Source: Thermoleophilia bacterium (GTDB lineage Bacteria > Actinomycetota > Thermoleophilia > Gaiellales > SKUG01). From it: a stretch of DNA of 64,000 bases. Shown here piece after piece: positions 44,747-54,345 of the stretch (the first letter of the stretch is position 1; each line of letters opens with the position of its first letter). The DNA lies in the NCBI GenBank assembly GCA_025964555.1, contig JAOPYQ010000027.1, positions 111,462-175,461 on the forward strand. The letters are read 5' to 3'. The notes beneath the pieces were generated by a model. It was not told the DNA's origin. It saw nothing but the letters and a program-made list of their open reading frames with translations, and did no database searches. The position numbers were made by a program, and so were the translations under genes.

Positions 44747-45673
44747 ATGGCCCCATCCACATGGACATCCCCGCGTCGCCTCGCGACGCTCATGGGATGC
44801 ACGATCGCCGCCCTCGCGCTGCTGCTCCCCGCCGCGCAGGTCTCATCGGCATCGAGCATCGCCCAGCTTGCCTCCCGCCTCGCGGCCGACGCCGGTGGGC
44901 TCGCGGATGCGCGAACGGACCTCGAGCAGGTCCGTGACGAGTTGCGTGCCGTGCGCGGCGAACACCGTCGGCTGCGGGTCGAAGTCGAAGGTCGTCTCGT
45001 CGCGATCTACAAGCACGGCGGTGGCGGCGATGCACTCGCCCGCATGGCCGGCGGCGAGTCGATGCGCGACGTCGGCAACTCGCTCGACGCGCTCGACCAC
45101 GTGGCAGACCAGGACGCCCGGCTGCTCAAGCGCTGGCAGCTGCTCGACGCCAAGCGCACGCGACTGCTCAAGCGGCGAACGCACCTCGAGCACGAGATCG
45201 ACCGGCTCGAGGAGCGAGTGCAGTCCTCGCGTGAGCGACTGAGCGCCGCCGAGGCGCGCGTCGCGAAGGCGCGACGCGACGCGGCGGCGATGGCGACGAT
45301 CCAGGATTCGCCACTGCTGCCGAGGGTCGGCAATCCCGAGGTGACGGCGGTCGAGGCCGAGAGCGGCTCGAACCCGTCCGCGGACCAGCCGATCGGCTTC
45401 CAGCAGTCGGGCACGGCGTCGGTGTACCACGATTCCTTCGCCGGCGAGGAGACCGCCAACGGCGAGGTCTACGACCCGAACGCGTTCACGGCGGCACACC
45501 CGTCGCTGCCGTTCGGCACGTGGGTCACGGTGAGCGGGCCCGGTGGCTCGATCCAGGTGCGCATCAATGACAGGGGCCCCTTCGTCGGTGGCCGCATCAT
45601 CGACCTGTCGCGGGCGGCGGGCGATGCGATCGGGCTGAGCCTCGGTTCGGTGACGCTCAGCGTCGATGCGTAG
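44747..45673 (+). CDS. Secreted coiled-coil + RlpA-like double-psi beta-barrel (DPBB) protein
   Basis: Starts at MAPSTWTSPRRLATLMGCTIAALALLLPAAQ (ATG 44747). C-terminal DPBB: ASVYHDSFAGEETANGEVYDPNAFTAAHPSLPFGTWVTV...VRINDRGPF. Confidence 0.8.
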   Translation: MAPSTWTSPRRLATLMGCTIAALALLLPAAQVSSASSIAQLASRLAADAGGLADARTDLEQVRDELRAVRGEHRRLRVEVEGRLVAIYKHGGGGDALARMAGGESMRDVGNSLDALDHVADQDARLLKRWQLLDAKRTRLLKRRTHLEHEIDRLEERVQSSRERLSAAEARVAKARRDAAAMATIQDSPLLPRVGNPEVTAVEAESGSNPSADQPIGFQQSGTASVYHDSFAGEETANGEVYDPNAFTAAHPSLPFGTWVTVSGPGGSIQVRINDRGPFVGGRIIDLSRAAGDAIGLSLGSVTLSVDA

Positions 45674-45679
45674 ACGGCG

Positions 45680-48085
45680 CTAGTGCGCCCACTCGACTCG
45701 CGGCACGCGGCGCTGGAGCGCGGCGGGCATCCACCAGTTCGCGGGGCCGAGCCAGCGCATCGTGGCGGGCAGCAGCAGCACGCGCACGATCGTCGCGTCG
45801 AGCGCGAGCGCGACCGCCATCCCGAAGCCGATCTGCTTGATGAGCACGAGCTCGGTCGTGGTGAACGCGATGCCGATGACGATGAGGATGAGTGCCGCCC
45901 CGGTGACGAGGGGCGCGGTGGCGGCCACGCCGCGCGCCGTGGCTTCCTGGTCGTCGTGACCGGCCTGGTAGAGCTCAGTGACCTTGGCGAGCATGAACAC
46001 CTCGTAGTCCATCGACAGGCCGAAGAGCAGGCAGAACAGGATGATCGGGATCGTCGCCTCGGTGTAGCCGATCGGCGCGGTGCCGAGCAGGTCGATCCCG
46101 ACGCCGTTCTGGAAGACCGCGATCACCACCCCGAGCGAGGCGAGGATCGACAGCGTGTCGAGGACGATCGCCTTGAACGGAAGCGTCAGCGAGCGGAACG
46201 CGACGGCGAGCACGATGAGCGTCGAGACGAACATGAGGATGAGCGTGTGCGGCATGCTCGACTTGATCGCGTGCAGGAACTCGATCTCGCCCGCGCCCTG
46301 TCCGCTCACGAGCATCTCGACCGGGAAGTTCGTGCCCTGCACCTCGCGCGCAACGGCTCGCGACACGGCGCCGCCATTGCCGAGTGACCGGTCGCCGTAG
46401 GCGTTGAGCAGCGTGCGGCCGCGCTCCTTGTCGATCTTGACGATCTCGGTGCGGCGGATGTGCTCGACGCCGAGCAACTGCGCCTCGATCGTGTCGAGCT
46501 CGGCCTGCTTCGACGTGCTCGCGATCATGATCACCGGCGACTCGACGCGCTCGTCGAACTTCGACTCGAGCTGGCGCTTGGCGACCATCGACAACGAGTC
46601 GGGCGGCAGGATGTCGTCGTGGGGCACGTCGAGGTGCGCGCCGAGCGTCGGGCTTGCGAGCACGACGAGGATGGCGATGCCGCCGAAGATCGACAGGCCC
46701 GGCTTCTTCATGACGAGATGTGCGAGCCGGTACCAGCCCGTCGTCGTGGGGTCGCGGTCCACCTGCACGCGGCGCACGGTCCACTTCTCCACGCGATGGC
46801 CGATCAGGCCGAGCACGGCGGGCAGGAGCGTGAGCGACGCGAGCACCGTGACGGCGACGACGACCACGCCGCCGAGCGCGATCGCGAACATGATCGGCAG
46901 CGGCATCGCGGCGAGTGCGCCGATGCCCGCGATGACCGCAACGCCGCTGATCGCGGCGGCCCGGCCACTGGTGGCGACCGTGGTGATCGTCGCCTCGCGG
47001 ACGGTGCGACCCGCGGCGAGCTCCTCACGGAAGCGCGACACGCCCAGCAACGAGTAGTCGATGCCGAGCCCGAAGCCGAGCATCGATGCGATGTTCATCA
47101 CGAAGATCGACAGGCCGAGCGGGATCGACAGCACGTGCAGGATCGCGAGCGTCACGACCACCGAGGTCAGGCCGACGAGCAGCGGGATGCTCGCGGCGAC
47201 GACCGTGCCGAAGACGAACAGCAGCACGAGCAGCGCGAGTGGCGTACCGATCGCCTCGGCCTTGGCGAGGTCACGCTTGGACAGTGCCGTCGTGTCGGCG
47301 AACACCGCCATCGTTCCCGCGATCTGGAATTCGTCGCGATCGTAGCCGGCCGACTCGATCGTCGCGAGCAGTTCCTCGTAGCCGTTGATCGCGATGTCGT
47401 CGGTGTCGTCGAAGTAGATCGTGAACGCGACGAGCCGCCCGTCCGTCGACGCGCGCGCCTTCCCGACGGACAGCACGTGGGGCACCCGGTACAGCGCCGG
47501 CGTGATCTTGTCGAAGCGCTTCGTTGCTGCATCGAGCGGACCCGGCACCATCACGACCTGCTGGCCGACCGGCATGCGGAACTCGTCGCGCATCTCCTCG
47601 ATGACCTGGATCGCCTCGCCGTCCTTGAGCAGGAAGCCGCCCTGGGTGAACGACTTCTCGGCTGTGCCCGCCAGCGGCAGGCAGGCGAGGACCATCACGA
47701 TCCATCCCCACGTGATCGTCTTGCGCGCCTGCCACACGCCCTCGGCGAATCGGACGAGGCCGCCGCCGGTATCGGGCAGCGACGAGGGCGACGGTGCCGG
47801 CGCTCCGGGCAGCCCCACGAACACCTCGCCGGGAAGCGCGCCTGACGGTGCGCCCGGGTGCGCAGCCGGGATGCCCGAGGCCGCGTCGTCGAACATGAGG
47901 TCGGCGCAGCGCGCCCAGACGAGTCGACCTGCGCCGGCGTCGACGAGGGCGAATGCGCCATCGAGGCGAACGATCGTGCCGCGCAGGCCGTCCTCGGTGG
48001 AGACGATGTCGCCCGGGACGACGCGTGCTGGCACCGGGCGCGCGCGTGGCGGCCGGAGGAGGAAGACGACCGCGACGGCCGCCAT
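45680..48085 (-). CDS. MMPL-family (RND-type) lipid transporter with a ~115-aa N-terminal extension
   Basis: Two 6-TM MMPL blocks (e.g. GLGIDYSLLGVSRFREE and LLFGLSMDYEVFMLAKV). GC3 stays high back to ATG 48085. Alternative start at ATG 47896. Confidence 0.85.
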   Translation of the reverse strand: MAAVAVVFLLRPPRARPVPARVVPGDIVSTEDGLRGTIVRLDGAFALVDAGAGRLVWARCADLMFDDAASGIPAAHPGAPSGALPGEVFVGLPGAPAPSPSSLPDTGGGLVRFAEGVWQARKTITWGWIVMVLACLPLAGTAEKSFTQGGFLLKDGEAIQVIEEMRDEFRMPVGQQVVMVPGPLDAATKRFDKITPALYRVPHVLSVGKARASTDGRLVAFTIYFDDTDDIAINGYEELLATIESAGYDRDEFQIAGTMAVFADTTALSKRDLAKAEAIGTPLALLVLLFVFGTVVAASIPLLVGLTSVVVTLAILHVLSIPLGLSIFVMNIASMLGFGLGIDYSLLGVSRFREELAAGRTVREATITTVATSGRAAAISGVAVIAGIGALAAMPLPIMFAIALGGVVVVAVTVLASLTLLPAVLGLIGHRVEKWTVRRVQVDRDPTTTGWYRLAHLVMKKPGLSIFGGIAILVVLASPTLGAHLDVPHDDILPPDSLSMVAKRQLESKFDERVESPVIMIASTSKQAELDTIEAQLLGVEHIRRTEIVKIDKERGRTLLNAYGDRSLGNGGAVSRAVAREVQGTNFPVEMLVSGQGAGEIEFLHAIKSSMPHTLILMFVSTLIVLAVAFRSLTLPFKAIVLDTLSILASLGVVIAVFQNGVGIDLLGTAPIGYTEATIPIILFCLLFGLSMDYEVFMLAKVTELYQAGHDDQEATARGVAATAPLVTGAALILIVIGIAFTTTELVLIKQIGFGMAVALALDATIVRVLLLPATMRWLGPANWWMPAALQRRVPRVEWAH

Positions 48086-48225
48086 GCATGCAAGTGCCCA
48101 GAAGATGGCGACGTCCCCTTTCCCGCGTCGGACCCGCCCTGCCTGAGCTTCGATTCAGGTTCGCCTCGCGTCTCATGCGCGTGTCGAGTCGATGCTCGGT
48201 ATGGTCGCGACCTGCCGACGACGGT

Positions 48226-48240
48226 GGCCCGAAACGGGCC
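48226..48240. promoter_or_regulatory. Perfect hairpin/palindrome GGCCCG-AAA-CGGGCC overlapping a direct repeat of GAAACGG, in the mmpL / thiolase divergent intergenic region
   Basis: Read directly. GAAACGG occurs at 48231-48237 and 48243-48249, 12 bp apart. Confidence 0.3.
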
Positions 48241-48331
48241 ATGAAACGGCCGTCTGCGGTAATCCCGATGATCTGGTAACGAGGTAGCCGGTTCGCGCCG
48301 GAACGTGCTCCATGACGAGGTACGACACGCG

Positions 48332-49429
48332 ATGACAGCGACCCCATCACGAAACCGCCGAGGCAGCCTGCACCGACAGGTGCGGCCCGCGATCACGCGA
48401 ACGGTGAACCGCCCGACCGTGCGCGCGGCGATCGCCGGTGTCGCCTCGTACCTGCCCGACGAGGTCGTCACCTCCGAGGAGGTCGAGCGCCGCATCGCCG
48501 AGGCGAGCGTCGAGCACGGCTTCGTGCCGGTGCCCGGCATCGTCGAGAAGCTCACGGGCGTTCGCGAGCGCCGCTACAAGCGCCGCGACCAGAACACCTC
48601 CGACCTCGCGGTGGAGGCCGCCATCAAGGCGATGGCGATGGCGGGTGTCACCATCGACGACATCGACCTCATCGTGTTCGGCTCGTCGAGCCAGGACCTC
48701 ATCGAGCCCGCGACCGCGCACATCGTGAGCGCGAAGCTCGGCGGCCGCGCGGTCGTCTTCGACATCAAGAACGCCTGCAACTCGTTCATGAACGGCATGC
48801 AGGTCGCCGATGCGCTCATCCGCACCGGCCAGTACAGGAAGGCGCTCATCTGCTCGGGCGAGTGCCCAAGCGAAGCGGTGCGCTGGGAGATTCGCGACAC
48901 GCAGCACATGAAGGACTCGTTCGCCGGCTACACGTTCGGCGATGCCGGCGCCGCGATGGTCCTCGAAGCGCGCACCGATGGCACCGGCATCCATGAGATC
49001 GACGTGGTCGCAGCGAGCCGGTACTGGGAGCTGTGCACCCTGCCGACCGGCGGCAGCATGCACCCCCGCGACCTGGAGAAGACGTACTTCGAGGGCGACG
49101 GCACGGCGCTGCGCGACGCGTTCATCGAAGTCGGCCCTGGCGTGATCATCGAGCTGTTCAAGCGCACGCGCACCACGTTCGACGACTATGACGTCGTGCT
49201 GTTCCACCAGGTGAGCGAGCAGATGCTCGACGTGTTCCTGAACGTGAGCGGCGTGCCGGAGGAGAAGGTCGTGCGAACGGTGGACCTGCTCGGCAACGTC
49301 GCCAGCACGACGCTGCCGATCCAGCTCGAGAAGGCGATGGAGTCCGGACGCGCCAAGCCCGGCGACAACGTGCTGTGGATCGGCGTCGGAGCGGGCATCA
49401 GCACCGTCGTGATGACCACGCGCCTGTAG
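48332..49429 (+). CDS. KASIII/FabH-like thiolase (OleA-like candidate)
   Basis: Thiolase fold with Cys (DIKNACNSF), His (VLFHQVS) and Asn (LGNVAST). Start is ATG 48332, or GTG 48305 as listed. Confidence 0.85.
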   Translation: MTATPSRNRRGSLHRQVRPAITRTVNRPTVRAAIAGVASYLPDEVVTSEEVERRIAEASVEHGFVPVPGIVEKLTGVRERRYKRRDQNTSDLAVEAAIKAMAMAGVTIDDIDLIVFGSSSQDLIEPATAHIVSAKLGGRAVVFDIKNACNSFMNGMQVADALIRTGQYRKALICSGECPSEAVRWEIRDTQHMKDSFAGYTFGDAGAAMVLEARTDGTGIHEIDVVAASRYWELCTLPTGGSMHPRDLEKTYFEGDGTALRDAFIEVGPGVIIELFKRTRTTFDDYDVVLFHQVSEQMLDVFLNVSGVPEEKVVRTVDLLGNVASTTLPIQLEKAMESGRAKPGDNVLWIGVGAGISTVVMTTRL

Positions 49430-49561
49430 GTCGCGCTGCTCGATGGACCTGTACCTGCCGACCCGATGACACCTCCACGGATCGTCGCGCCCGTGCGACG
49501 CTGCGTGGATCTGCGGCGACGGGCAGGTTCGTGACCTCGGCATGAGGGACAGAACCGAGGC

Positions 49562-50869
49562 ATGTCCGTCGAATCGACCACTCCTGCCTCGACCGGGGCG
49601 TCCCACGCCGCGGAGCCCCGCGACTGGGATCCTGCCGCCCCTGCGAAGCGCCGGAGCGAGCGACGCCTGCTCGCAGCGTCGCGTCCGCTCGCGTGGTTCC
49701 TGCTGCACGCGATCGTGCGCAATCGCCGCGACGTCGTGCACATCCCACGATTGGGCTACGTCATCACGGGCGCGGTCGCGTGTCGCGAAGCGGCCGTCGA
49801 CAGCGAACACTTCCGCAAGGACGGCCCCAAGAGCGCCGGCGCGCTGCTCACCCAGGTGATGGGCAAGACGGCGCTGCTCAACATGGAGGGCCCCGACCAC
49901 GTCGCGCTGCGGCGACGCCTGCAGGGGCTGTTCACGCCCAAGTTCGTCAACGAGCTCGCGGATCGCGCGCTCGCCCCGATCTCGGCGGAGGTCGTCGCCG
50001 ACCTGCAGGCCGGGAAGACGCTCGACGTGTCGCTGCTCGCGCGGCGCGTAACCGGCACGATGATGTGCCACATGGTCGGACTGCGCCTGGAGGGCGAGGC
50101 CCGAGAGAAACGGGCTCGCGAGATGTACAAGCTCGGCCAGCGGCTCGTGGGCATGGTCCCCACGAACATGAAGGAGCTCGACGAGCGCGAGGTCGCCGCA
50201 GCCAAGGCGGTGTTCGAGCAGCTCGTCGACGGCATCGACGAGGTGCACGCCGACGGCGACGAGAACACCATCCCCGGCCGCCTGCGCGAGCTCGGCTTCG
50301 ACCTGGAGGAGACGCGTGGCGTCGTGGGCATGCTGCTCATCGCCGGCACCGAGACGACGTCGACGGCGCTCGTTCGGATCACGTCGCTGCTTTACGACAC
50401 GTCGCAGTGGAAGCGACTGCAGCGCCATCGCGAGCTGCTCGACAACGCGATCGAAGAGGGCCTGCGCTGCGCGACGCCGGTGCCGGTGTCGACTCGAACG
50501 TCCGCCAAGGACTTCACCTTCCACGGCACGAAGATCCGCAAGGACGAGCTCGTGCTCATCGCGTGGGCGCGCGCCATCCGCGACGACCGCGTGATCGAGC
50601 GCGGCACCGAGTTCGACATCGCGCGCGAGATCCCCCGCGAGCTGCGGCTCATCTGGTTCGGCGCCGGCCCACACTTCTGCCTCGGCTACAACCTGGCGAT
50701 GCGCGAGCTCACGACGGTGCTCACCGCGCTGCTCGACGGAGCACCGGAGATCGAGATCACGAAGCGCAAGGCAGCCCGGAAGGTGCTGCTGCCCACATGG
50801 GACGAGCTGTACGTGCGCCGCGCGGGCGGCGCCGCGACGAGCCACGCGCCGGCCGGGGCGAGCGCATGA
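49562..50869 (+). CDS. Cytochrome P450 (first of three)
   Basis: I-helix AGTETT, ExxR (EGLR), heme loop FGAGPHFCLG. Confidence 0.9.
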   Translation: MSVESTTPASTGASHAAEPRDWDPAAPAKRRSERRLLAASRPLAWFLLHAIVRNRRDVVHIPRLGYVITGAVACREAAVDSEHFRKDGPKSAGALLTQVMGKTALLNMEGPDHVALRRRLQGLFTPKFVNELADRALAPISAEVVADLQAGKTLDVSLLARRVTGTMMCHMVGLRLEGEAREKRAREMYKLGQRLVGMVPTNMKELDEREVAAAKAVFEQLVDGIDEVHADGDENTIPGRLRELGFDLEETRGVVGMLLIAGTETTSTALVRITSLLYDTSQWKRLQRHRELLDNAIEEGLRCATPVPVSTRTSAKDFTFHGTKIRKDELVLIAWARAIRDDRVIERGTEFDIAREIPRELRLIWFGAGPHFCLGYNLAMRELTTVLTALLDGAPEIEITKRKAARKVLLPTWDELYVRRAGGAATSHAPAGASA

Positions 50870-52506
50870 CGAGCAGCGCGGTCACCGACGCACGCGACAT
50901 CGCCGGGATCATCGAGCGTCTCCACGGCGCCGGGTTCGAGGTCATGGTCGACGAGCTCGTCCGCGCGGCGCGCACCGTCGGCGACGGCGTGCTCATGACC
51001 GAAGGCAGGCGCACGGTCACGGGCGCGGAGGTCGCGCACGCCTTTGACGTGCTGCCACGCGCGCTCGCGGCGCGCGGGATGCGCCCGGGGCAGGTGGTGC
51101 TGTTCGGCGTGCGTCCGGGAATCGATGCGCTCCTGCTGCTGCTCGGCGCGATGCGAACCGGCGCGATCGTGACGTTCGTGGATCCGGGCGTCGGCAGCGA
51201 GCTGTTCGAGCGACGCCTCGAGCTGCTCGCCCCCGACTGGGTCATGGCCGAATCGCTGCTCTACGTCGCCTCGGCCCCGACCCCGCTGCGCGGGTACCTG
51301 CGCCGTCGTGGGCTGACACTGCCGCGCCTGTCGAAGCTGCCCGGCACGCACATCCGCGTCGGTCGACGATTTCCAGGCGTGCCCAGGGGCGAGTCGCTCG
51401 ACGACCTGCTGGCCGACGCGACCGTCGCGGATCGCGCACTGCCCGCGCTCGACGTCGATGCGCCGAGCCTCGTCATCTTCACGTCCGGCACGACCGGCGA
51501 CCCCAAGGGCGTCCAGCACACGGGCCGCTCCATGGCAGCAGCCGTGCGTCTGTTCCTGCAGCACTTCGAGCTGCCGCCCGATTCGGTGATGTACAACCAC
51601 AACATCCACTCGTTCGTGATGGCGATCCTCGCGCAGGTGCCCACCGTCGTGGAGCCGATGGAGTTCCGGACCACCCGATTCATCGAGCACTGCGAGTCGC
51701 ACGGAGTCACGCACACGTTCGGCCTTCCGGTCGATGCGTACACGATGGTGCAGTACTGCGAAGCGCGCGACCGCAAGCTCCCGCAGTCCCTGCGCCAGAT
51801 GGTGCTGTACTCGGCGCCGGTCACCACGGGCGTGCTCGAGCGCATCCACGCGATCGCGCACCCGCAGCTCCGCGTGACCTGCGCCTACGCGATGACAGAG
51901 GCTGCGCCAGTGGCCTGGATCGACTCGCGTGACAAGTGCGCCTGGAAGGGCGACGGCGACGTCGTGGGGCCGATCGCCCCCGAGGTCGAGTACCGCATCG
52001 ATGCCGACACCCACGAGCTGCACATCAAGGGCGACAACATCCACCGTGGTTACGCGAACATCCACCCCGACCGCATCGAGTGGCACGCGACCGGCGACCT
52101 GGCGCGTGTCGACGAGGCCGGCAACATCGTGCTCATGGGTCGCGCCAAGGACATGATCATCCGCGGCGACTTCAACCTGTATCCGGGCCTGTACGAGGAG
52201 ACCGTCAGCCGCATCCCCGGCGTCGGCGCGTGCGCGTTCATCGGACGCCCGGATCCGGTCACCGCCGACGAGCGTGTCCTGCTGTTCGTCGAGCCCGATC
52301 CGCGCGAGTTCACCCGTGGCGACGGCGACAGGCTCGCGAAGGAGATCATGCGCGCCCTGGAAGGCGGCGGCGAGCTCGGGATCGATCGCAAGGCGCTCCC
52401 GGACGAAGTCCGCGTGCTCGACGCGCTGCCGCGCTCCGGTCGCTCGAGCAAGATCGACCACAAGGCGCTGCGCCAGCTCGCGGTGGAGGACGCCGCGCAT
52501 GCGTGA
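50866..52506 (+). CDS. ANL-superfamily adenylate-forming enzyme (acyl-AMP/CoA ligase or OleC-like beta-lactone synthetase), 546 aa
   Basis: ATG 50866 overlaps the P450 stop (ATGA). Motifs FTSGTTGDPKGV and TGDLARVDEAGN. Confidence 0.85.
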   Translation: MTSSAVTDARDIAGIIERLHGAGFEVMVDELVRAARTVGDGVLMTEGRRTVTGAEVAHAFDVLPRALAARGMRPGQVVLFGVRPGIDALLLLLGAMRTGAIVTFVDPGVGSELFERRLELLAPDWVMAESLLYVASAPTPLRGYLRRRGLTLPRLSKLPGTHIRVGRRFPGVPRGESLDDLLADATVADRALPALDVDAPSLVIFTSGTTGDPKGVQHTGRSMAAAVRLFLQHFELPPDSVMYNHNIHSFVMAILAQVPTVVEPMEFRTTRFIEHCESHGVTHTFGLPVDAYTMVQYCEARDRKLPQSLRQMVLYSAPVTTGVLERIHAIAHPQLRVTCAYAMTEAAPVAWIDSRDKCAWKGDGDVVGPIAPEVEYRIDADTHELHIKGDNIHRGYANIHPDRIEWHATGDLARVDEAGNIVLMGRAKDMIIRGDFNLYPGLYEETVSRIPGVGACAFIGRPDPVTADERVLLFVEPDPREFTRGDGDRLAKEIMRALEGGGELGIDRKALPDEVRVLDALPRSGRSSKIDHKALRQLAVEDAAHA

Positions 52507-53284
52507 CGCGTCCGAGCCCGGGCACGCGACATGGGTCGTGGTGCCCGGCTACAACGAGGAAGCCTGGATCGGATCGACGATCGACTCGCTCGCGCGCCAG
52601 GAGAACGCGTCCGAGCTGACGGTGCTGGTCGTGGACAACGCGAGCACCGACGACACCGCAGGCGCGGTGGCGACGGCTGCCGATCGCAATCCGGGCCTCG
52701 ACGTACGCGTGCTGCGCGAGGACGAGAAGGGCACCGGCGCCGCGAGCGACACCGGCTTCCGGCACGCGATCGCACATGGCGCGACGGTCGTGCTGCGCAC
52801 CGACTCGGACTGCGTCGCCGATCCCGACTGGGCGAGGACGATGCTCGCTGCGGTCAACGACCGCAACCTCGACCTCGTTGCCGGCAACCTGCGCCAGCGC
52901 ACCGACGACGGCATGGGCACGGCGCTCGGTCCGGTGCTCGTCCCCGTCGTGCTCGCGCTCATCCGCTTCATCGGGCGCGTGCGCCCCAACAACAACGACA
53001 ACCCTGCCTACCGGACGAAGTTCGTCGTGACACCGGGCGCGAACCTGGCGATCCGCGCGCAGGCCTACCTCGATTCGGGCGGCTTTCCACGCACCGCGAT
53101 CGAGGACGCCCACGAGGACAAGGCGATCGTCAATGCCGTGCGGCTCGTGAGCGACCGCATCGGCTTCGAGAAGCGGTCGATGGTGCGTTTCTCCAACCGG
53201 CGCGTGGCACGGAACGGGTTGCTCAAGGTGCTGCGCTGGTACTTCAACCATGGCGGAGGCGGCGCGGAGGTGGACGTTCGATGA
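52499..53284 (+). CDS. Family 2 glycosyltransferase (soluble, 261 aa)
   Basis: ATG 52499 overlaps the upstream gene by 8 nt. Motifs VVVPGYNEE, VDNASTDDT and RTDSD (DxD). Confidence 0.8.
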   Translation: MRDASEPGHATWVVVPGYNEEAWIGSTIDSLARQENASELTVLVVDNASTDDTAGAVATAADRNPGLDVRVLREDEKGTGAASDTGFRHAIAHGATVVLRTDSDCVADPDWARTMLAAVNDRNLDLVAGNLRQRTDDGMGTALGPVLVPVVLALIRFIGRVRPNNNDNPAYRTKFVVTPGANLAIRAQAYLDSGGFPRTAIEDAHEDKAIVNAVRLVSDRIGFEKRSMVRFSNRRVARNGLLKVLRWYFNHGGGGAEVDVR

Positions 53285-54279
53285 GCGACGATCAGGCAAT
53301 GACACCTCGCCGGTCACGCGTGGCGGTGACGGGCGCAAGCGGGTTCGTCGGCGGCAAGGCGGCCGACTGGCTCGAGGAGCATGGCTACGAGGTGTACCGC
53401 TTCGGCCGCCGCTCGGTGACCAAGGTGCCCGAGCGCATCCGTGACAGCTATCGCAGCTGGGACATCGAGGCCGGCAAGCTCGACCAGGCGCCCGAGGTCG
53501 ACGCGGTCGTGCACTGCGCCGGCGCCGTCGACGACTGGGGCGTGTACGAGCCCTTCCGCCTCGCGAACGTCGAGGGCACGCGCACCGTGCTGCAGACCTT
53601 TCCCCACGCACGCTTCGTGCACGTCTCGAGTGCGAGCGTCTACGACCCCCACGCGGACCACTCCCTCGTGCGCGAGGACCAGGCGGACCCGGCCGACGAA
53701 GCCGACACCGCGCGCGTCACGTGGCTCAACCCCTACGGGCGTACCAAGCGCATGGCCGAGAACGTCGTCGCCACCACCGCCACCAACCGCTCGATCATCC
53801 TGCGCCCGCACGCCGTGTATGGCCCGGGTGACACGCAGCTGCTGCCGCGACTGACATCGCGCATCCGCTTCGGTCGTCTCATCGTCGCAGGAGACGAGAC
53901 GGTGCGCGTATCGCTCACGCACGTCGACAACTTCTCCTACGCGATCCAGCTCGCGATCGAGTCCGACGCCACCGGGGCATTCAACATCTCCGACCCGACC
54001 GCACCCACGCTCGGCGAGTGCCTCACGACGGTGCTGCGCACGATCGGCAAGCCCGAGCGACTGCTGTGGCTGCCGACAGGACCCGTCACCGCGCTCGCAT
54101 TCGTGATGGAGGCGGCGTGCGGGTTCGGCCGCGGACCCAAGCCGCCGATCACGCGCTTCCAGCTGTCGCACCTGACGCGCGACTTCGTCTACGACCTGAC
54201 GAAGGCGCGCGAGCAGCTCGGCTACGACCCGGCGATCGACCTGCCGCAGGGGCTCGAGACCGTCGACGTGCCTGCGTAG
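53281..54279 (+). CDS. NAD-dependent epimerase/dehydratase-family SDR (3-beta-HSD/OleD-like), 332 aa
   Basis: ATGA overlap at 53281. Rossmann VTGASGFVGG; catalytic YGRTK. Confidence 0.8.
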   Translation: MSDDQAMTPRRSRVAVTGASGFVGGKAADWLEEHGYEVYRFGRRSVTKVPERIRDSYRSWDIEAGKLDQAPEVDAVVHCAGAVDDWGVYEPFRLANVEGTRTVLQTFPHARFVHVSSASVYDPHADHSLVREDQADPADEADTARVTWLNPYGRTKRMAENVVATTATNRSIILRPHAVYGPGDTQLLPRLTSRIRFGRLIVAGDETVRVSLTHVDNFSYAIQLAIESDATGAFNISDPTAPTLGECLTTVLRTIGKPERLLWLPTGPVTALAFVMEAACGFGRGPKPPITRFQLSHLTRDFVYDLTKAREQLGYDPAIDLPQGLETVDVPA

Positions 54280-54345
54280 CGCGTTTCGCTCGACCGCCGT
54301 ACGGAAACGCACGGTGAACGACCCACCGTCGACAGGGGAACACCC

